From Albidovulum sp. (GTDB taxonomy: Bacteria; Pseudomonadota; Alphaproteobacteria; Rhodobacterales; Rhodobacteraceae), in NCBI GenBank assembly GCA_049670445.1, contig JBATTI010000162.1:1-43386 (forward strand): DNA of 43,386 nt, read 5' to 3'. Position numbers and translations under genes: made by a program. Positions 39,196-43,386 of the stretch are shown here, one piece after another. Positions within the stretch are counted from its first letter, which is position 1. Every line of letters begins with the position of its first letter. The notes below the pieces were generated by a model. That model was not told the DNA's origin. It saw nothing but the letters and a program-made list of their open reading frames with translations, and searched no databases.

Positions 39196-41303
39196 GCCTT
39201 GATGCGCATCCGTTGATCGCCGACTGGATCACGGCGCGAAGTGGGCGGCTTCTGATCCACACCGGCAAGGTCGATATCGGCCAGCGCATCACAACCGCGC
39301 TGATCCAGATCGTGCAGGAAGAGCTGACGGTGCCTTGGCACCGGATCGACATCGCTCCGGTGCGTACCGGCCATGCCCCGGACGAGGGGATCACCTCGGG
39401 CAGCAATTCGGTTGAACACTCCGGCCATGCCCTGCGCTTGGCGGCGGCGACATTGCGCACCCATGTGATCCTGATCGCCGCCGCGCGGCACGGCGCAGAC
39501 AGCGCCGACTGGCGGTTGACGGATGGCGTCTTGTCACGAAGCGGCTCAGACCTGCGGATCGACCTGATTGATCTGATCCCCGATGTTGTACCGGACACCG
39601 CGGTGGACCAGAACCACCTGCCCGCCCCCCGGGGCCAAAACCCACCCAAGCCGCGGATGCGCGGGCTAACAGATATGGTGCAAGGCCGCTACACCTTTGT
39701 CCATGATCTTGAGCGCCCCGGCATGCTGCACGCCCGCGTCATCCGACCGCCGCACGCAGGCGCGACCCTTGCGGGGATTGACGCCAAAACCATCAAGGCC
39801 CTGACGGCGGCGGGGTTCTCTATCATCCGCGATGGCAGCTTTCTGGCCCTTGCCGGACCGGATGAATGGCCCACCGTCAAGGCCGCAACCGGCCTCGCAA
39901 ACGCCTGTGAATGGGACCTGGGCGCGGGCCTGCCCGAAACCGATGTGTTTGATCAGCTTCGCGCCGCAAATGCCCAAAGATTTCTGGTAACAGACGGCAC
40001 ACCAACGTCAAAGCCGATACCTGACGCCGCCCCCTACCCCGACCATGCCGCGCGTTATGAGCGCCCCTATCAGATGCACGGATCCCTCGCCCCTTCCGCC
40101 GCACTGGCGGAGTGGTCGGGCGAAAAAATGGACCTGCACTGCCACAGCCAAGGCATCTATCCGCTGCGCGACAGCATCGCTTGCAGCCTTGGGCTGGCTC
40201 TGGCGCAGGTTGAGATTACGCATGTTCCCGGTTCCGGCTGCTACGGCCATTCCGGCGCGGATGACGCAGCCTATGAGGCTTGCCTGATCGCCATGGCATT
40301 GCCGGGCAGGCCTGTCTTGCTGAAATGGAGCCGCGCGGATGAACACGCATGGGAACCTTTTGCCCCGGCAATGGCGGTAGACCTTGCAGCCAAGCTGGTG
40401 GACGGCAGGATCAGCGGATATTCCGCGCAGGTTTTCAGTGACACCCACCGCGGCCGCCCCCGCCCCGGACCAAACCGTACCGGCCCCGCGCGGTTGCTTG
40501 CCAATCACTACCGCGCCGACCCGATTGGCCCGATTGCGGCGACACCGAACCTTGGCAACCACGCAGGCATGCACCGCAATCTTGCGCCTGCTTACCCAAT
40601 GCCCGAAACCCGCTTGGTCAAGAATCTGGTCACGGGCCTGCCACACCGCACCTCGGCGATGCGCTGCCTTGGGGCCGCTGCCAACATCTTTGCGCTGGAA
40701 AGCTTCATGGATGAACTTGCCCACCGCCAGTCCACCCCGCCGCTTGCCTTTCGCCGCGCGCATCTTGAAGACCCGCGCGCTTTGGCGGTGCTGTCCGCGT
40801 TGGAACGACAGATCGCGGCCCGCCCGCCATTGGCCGACGGCCACGGGCGCGGCATCGCCTATGCGCAATATAAAAACCGGATGACCCGGGTTGCGGTCTC
40901 GGTCGAACTTGAGGTCACCGACCGCGCCGAGATCCGTCTGCGCGATGCGCAGATCGTGGCCGACGCAGGCCGGATCATTGATGCAGACGGGCTGACCGCC
41001 CAGCTTGAAGGCGGCTTTCTTCAGGCCGCAAGCTGGGCCATTTACGAGCAGGTCACATGGGACCGGCACGGCATCACATCGCGCGACTGGGACAGCTATC
41101 CGGTCATCCGTTTCGACAATCTGCCCGATATCAGCGTGACATTGCTTGATCACCCCGACGCCCCATCACTGGGTGCCGGCGAAGCCTCCCCCGGCCCCAG
41201 CCTGGCGGCCATCGCAAACGCGGGCTTTGACGCCACGAAGCTTCGGATGCGGCGTATGCCGTTCACGCCAGAGGCGATCAGACATATGGCGGCAACCGGA
41301 TGA
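39192..41303 (+). CDS. Molybdopterin-binding large subunit, nicotinate/isoquinoline dehydrogenase-like (about 703 aa)
   Basis: TGKVDIGQ, EEL, TSGSNS, GMLHARVIRPP, YQMHGS, GSGCYG, ESFMDELA, LGAGEAS (catalytic Glu). Start at MSLDAHP with an ATGA overlap. Confidence 0.88.
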   Translation: MSLDAHPLIADWITARSGRLLIHTGKVDIGQRITTALIQIVQEELTVPWHRIDIAPVRTGHAPDEGITSGSNSVEHSGHALRLAAATLRTHVILIAAARHGADSADWRLTDGVLSRSGSDLRIDLIDLIPDVVPDTAVDQNHLPAPRGQNPPKPRMRGLTDMVQGRYTFVHDLERPGMLHARVIRPPHAGATLAGIDAKTIKALTAAGFSIIRDGSFLALAGPDEWPTVKAATGLANACEWDLGAGLPETDVFDQLRAANAQRFLVTDGTPTSKPIPDAAPYPDHAARYERPYQMHGSLAPSAALAEWSGEKMDLHCHSQGIYPLRDSIACSLGLALAQVEITHVPGSGCYGHSGADDAAYEACLIAMALPGRPVLLKWSRADEHAWEPFAPAMAVDLAAKLVDGRISGYSAQVFSDTHRGRPRPGPNRTGPARLLANHYRADPIGPIAATPNLGNHAGMHRNLAPAYPMPETRLVKNLVTGLPHRTSAMRCLGAAANIFALESFMDELAHRQSTPPLAFRRAHLEDPRALAVLSALERQIAARPPLADGHGRGIAYAQYKNRMTRVAVSVELEVTDRAEIRLRDAQIVADAGRIIDADGLTAQLEGGFLQAASWAIYEQVTWDRHGITSRDWDSYPVIRFDNLPDISVTLLDHPDAPSLGAGEASPGPSLAAIANAGFDATKLRMRRMPFTPEAIRHMAATG

Positions 41304-41364
41304 CCGCCTGTCCCCTTTATTCCCTCCGCCCCGTCACATAGCATCAGCCAAAAGGAACACTTCG

Positions 41365-42900
41365 ATGGAAACCACCCTCAAGGCGCTTATTGCCAGGCAT
41401 TCCGGCGATCTTCCCGCGATCGGTGCGCCGGGGCGCGACTGGCTCAGCTATGATGATCTGCGCGGCCTTGCCGTGGACGTTGCGCAGGCGCTGAACGGGA
41501 TGGGGATTGATGCCTCCGACCGGGTGGCGATCGTGCTGCCCAACGGCCCGGAAATGGCCTCGGCCTTTGTCACGGTCGCGCAAGTCGCAACAACCGCCCC
41601 CCTGAACCCGGCCTACCGGCAAGAGGAATATGCCTTCTATCTGGAAGACCTCAAGGCCAAGGCGCTGATCCTTCAAGACGATGACAACGGGCCCGCCTAT
41701 GCTGCCGCGACCCGGCTTGGCATGAATATCATCCGGCTAAGCGTGCCCGATGGTGCCGCCGCCGGCCGCTTCACCCTGTCGTCCGAGACCTTGGCGAAAA
41801 GTGCCGGAAAAACACCATCAGCCGACGACGTCGCCCTGATCTTGCACACATCGGGCACGACATCACGGCCCAAGATCGTGCCGCTTTTGCAGGCCAATGT
41901 CGCAGCCTCGGCCCAGCACGTCTGCGCGTCGCTGAAACTGACCCAATCGGATCGCTGCATGAACGTCATGCCGCTTTTCCACATTCACGGGCTGATTGCC
42001 GCTGTCGCAGCATCGCTGGCCTCGGGTGCCTCGATCTGGTGTGCGCCGGGCTTTGATGCGCTGAAATTCTTCGGCTGGATGAAGGAGGCGCAGCCCACAT
42101 GGTACACGGCCGTGCCAACCATGCATCAGGCCATCCTGACCCGTGCGCCGCGCAATGCCGATGTCATCGCCGCCACGCCCCTGCGCTTCTTGCGCTCGTC
42201 ATCGGCGTCGCTGCCCGCACAGGTGATGGTGGCACTCAATGAAACCTTCAGCGCACCCGTGATCGAAGCCTACGGAATGACCGAAGCGGCGCATCAGATG
42301 GCCTGCAACCCGCTCGACTCCGGCACCCAAAAGCCCGGCGCCGTCGGTATTCCCGCAGGCCCCATGATGCGCATCGCGGATGAGACGGAAAACCACCTGA
42401 TCGAGGGGACCGGCGAAGTGGTCATCTCTGGCCCCAATGTCACGCCGGGATATGAAGGCAACCCCGATGCCAACGCCAAGAATTTCTTTGAGGCGGACGG
42501 CGCGCGCTGGTTTCGCACCGGCGATCAGGGCGCTTTTGACGCAGACGGCTATCTACATCTGACCGGCCGCCTCAAAGAGATCATCATCCGCGGCGGCGAA
42601 AAGATCAGCCCGCTTGAAGTCGACGGCATCCTTCTGGATCACCCCGATGTGGCGCAGGTTGTCACCTTCGCCCTGCCCCACCCCAAACTGGGCGAGGAGG
42701 TCGCCGCGGCGGTTGTGCTCAAAGACGGGGCGACAGCGACAGAACAAGATATCCGCAGCTTTGCCGCCAAACATATCGCGGATTTCAAAGTGCCGCGCAA
42801 AGTCATCATCATGGACGAAATTCCCAAAGGCGCCACCGGCAAGATGCAGCGCATCGGGCTGGCGGAAAAGCTGGGTCTGGTCGCGGGGTCCACCCCATGA
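41365..42900 (+). CDS. Acyl-CoA synthetase, oxalate-CoA ligase type
   Basis: LHTSGTTSRPK, PLFHIHGL, TWYTAVPTMHQ, LRFLRSSSASL and EAYGMTEAAHQM resemble AAE3/Pcs60/Oxs oxalate-CoA ligases; adjacent to a PanE2-like gene. Confidence 0.78.
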   Translation: METTLKALIARHSGDLPAIGAPGRDWLSYDDLRGLAVDVAQALNGMGIDASDRVAIVLPNGPEMASAFVTVAQVATTAPLNPAYRQEEYAFYLEDLKAKALILQDDDNGPAYAAATRLGMNIIRLSVPDGAAAGRFTLSSETLAKSAGKTPSADDVALILHTSGTTSRPKIVPLLQANVAASAQHVCASLKLTQSDRCMNVMPLFHIHGLIAAVAASLASGASIWCAPGFDALKFFGWMKEAQPTWYTAVPTMHQAILTRAPRNADVIAATPLRFLRSSSASLPAQVMVALNETFSAPVIEAYGMTEAAHQMACNPLDSGTQKPGAVGIPAGPMMRIADETENHLIEGTGEVVISGPNVTPGYEGNPDANAKNFFEADGARWFRTGDQGAFDADGYLHLTGRLKEIIIRGGEKISPLEVDGILLDHPDVAQVVTFALPHPKLGEEVAAAVVLKDGATATEQDIRSFAAKHIADFKVPRKVIIMDEIPKGATGKMQRIGLAEKLGLVAGSTP

Positions 42901-43386
42901 GGATCTGCATTTTCGGGGCCGGTGCGATCGGCGGCTATCTGGGGGTGAAACTGGCGGGGGCCGGTGCGGATGTAAGCCTTGTGGCGCGCGGCCCCCATCT
43001 TGCGGCCATGCAGGCAAAGGGGCTCACACTTGTCGAAGAAGACGGCGCTTCGCAAACCGTCAGGGTTACGGCAAGCGACAATCCGGCGGATCTGGGCGTG
43101 CAAGATTATGTCATCATCACGCTCAAGGCGCATTCCGTGCCCGCCATCGTGCCAAAGGTGCAACCGCTGATCGGACCGAACACCACAATTGTAAGCGGCG
43201 TCAATGGCCTGCCGTGGTGGTATTTCCACAAGCTCGGCACCTCGCTGGAAGGCACGCGGCTGCAATCGGTTGATCCGGGCAACGCCCAATGGGATGGCTT
43301 TGGCCCGGACCGGGTTTTGGGCTGTGTGGTCTATCCTGCCGCCGAAGTGTCCGCGCCGGGCACGATCCGGCATATCGAAGGCAATC
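42897..43386 (+). CDS. Ketopantoate reductase-family protein, PanE2-like oxalyl-CoA reductase (truncated by the window end)
   Basis: Not in the ORF track; translated by hand: MRICIFGAGAIGGYLG...VARGPHL...TLKAHSV...VNGLPWWYF...SVDPG...GCVVYPAAE. ATGA overlap with the ligase. Confidence 0.82.
   Translation, partial: MRICIFGAGAIGGYLGVKLAGAGADVSLVARGPHLAAMQAKGLTLVEEDGASQTVRVTASDNPADLGVQDYVIITLKAHSVPAIVPKVQPLIGPNTTIVSGVNGLPWWYFHKLGTSLEGTRLQSVDPGNAQWDGFGPDRVLGCVVYPAAEVSAPGTIRHIEGN

Noticed and set aside
35833..41153. Long minus-strand ORFs opposite tctA and the Mo subunit (35833-36804, 40008-41153)
   Set aside because: Antisense shadows with no family features.
42897..43386. Housekeeping pantothenate-biosynthesis panE
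   Set aside because: The NGLPWWYF insert and coupling to an oxalate-CoA-ligase-like gene fit the PanE2/oxalyl-CoA reductase subgroup better.

Overview
GC-rich alphaproteobacterial DNA, probably Rhodobacteraceae or a related lineage judging from the gene content. It is almost entirely catabolic genes, in four blocks. (1) 1-12950, minus strand: an erythritol/adonitol/L-arabitol polyol locus (eryD, ABC transporter mptABCDE, eryA, rbtA, class II aldolase, eryB, lalA, rbtB), in the order I recall for Sinorhizobium meliloti and truncated at the left edge. (2) 13547-24380, minus strand: a hydroxyproline catabolic cluster with an ABC importer, Pyr4H2C deaminase, 4-Hyp 2-epimerase, D-Hyp dehydrogenase, cis- and trans-3-Hyp dehydratases, a GntR regulator and KGSA dehydrogenase. 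Four copies of a candidate operator are visible. (3) 24716-26944: a monomeric NADP-isocitrate dehydrogenase. (4) 27045-43386: a divergent cluster around a GntR/FadR regulator that I cannot assign to any known pathway. It holds a NitT/TauT ABC importer, an FAH-family hydrolase, a 4,5-dihydroxyphthalate-decarboxylase-like protein, a TauE exporter, a TTT transporter, a His-rich LVIVD beta-propeller with an HTH-like insert, an OsmC-family protein, a two-subunit nicotinate-dehydrogenase-like Mo hydroxylase, an oxalate-CoA ligase and a PanE2-like oxalyl-CoA reductase. Block 4 is the best candidate for an undescribed system. I saw no rRNA, tRNA, CRISPR array or mobile element. All assignments come from motif and sequence recognition without database searches.
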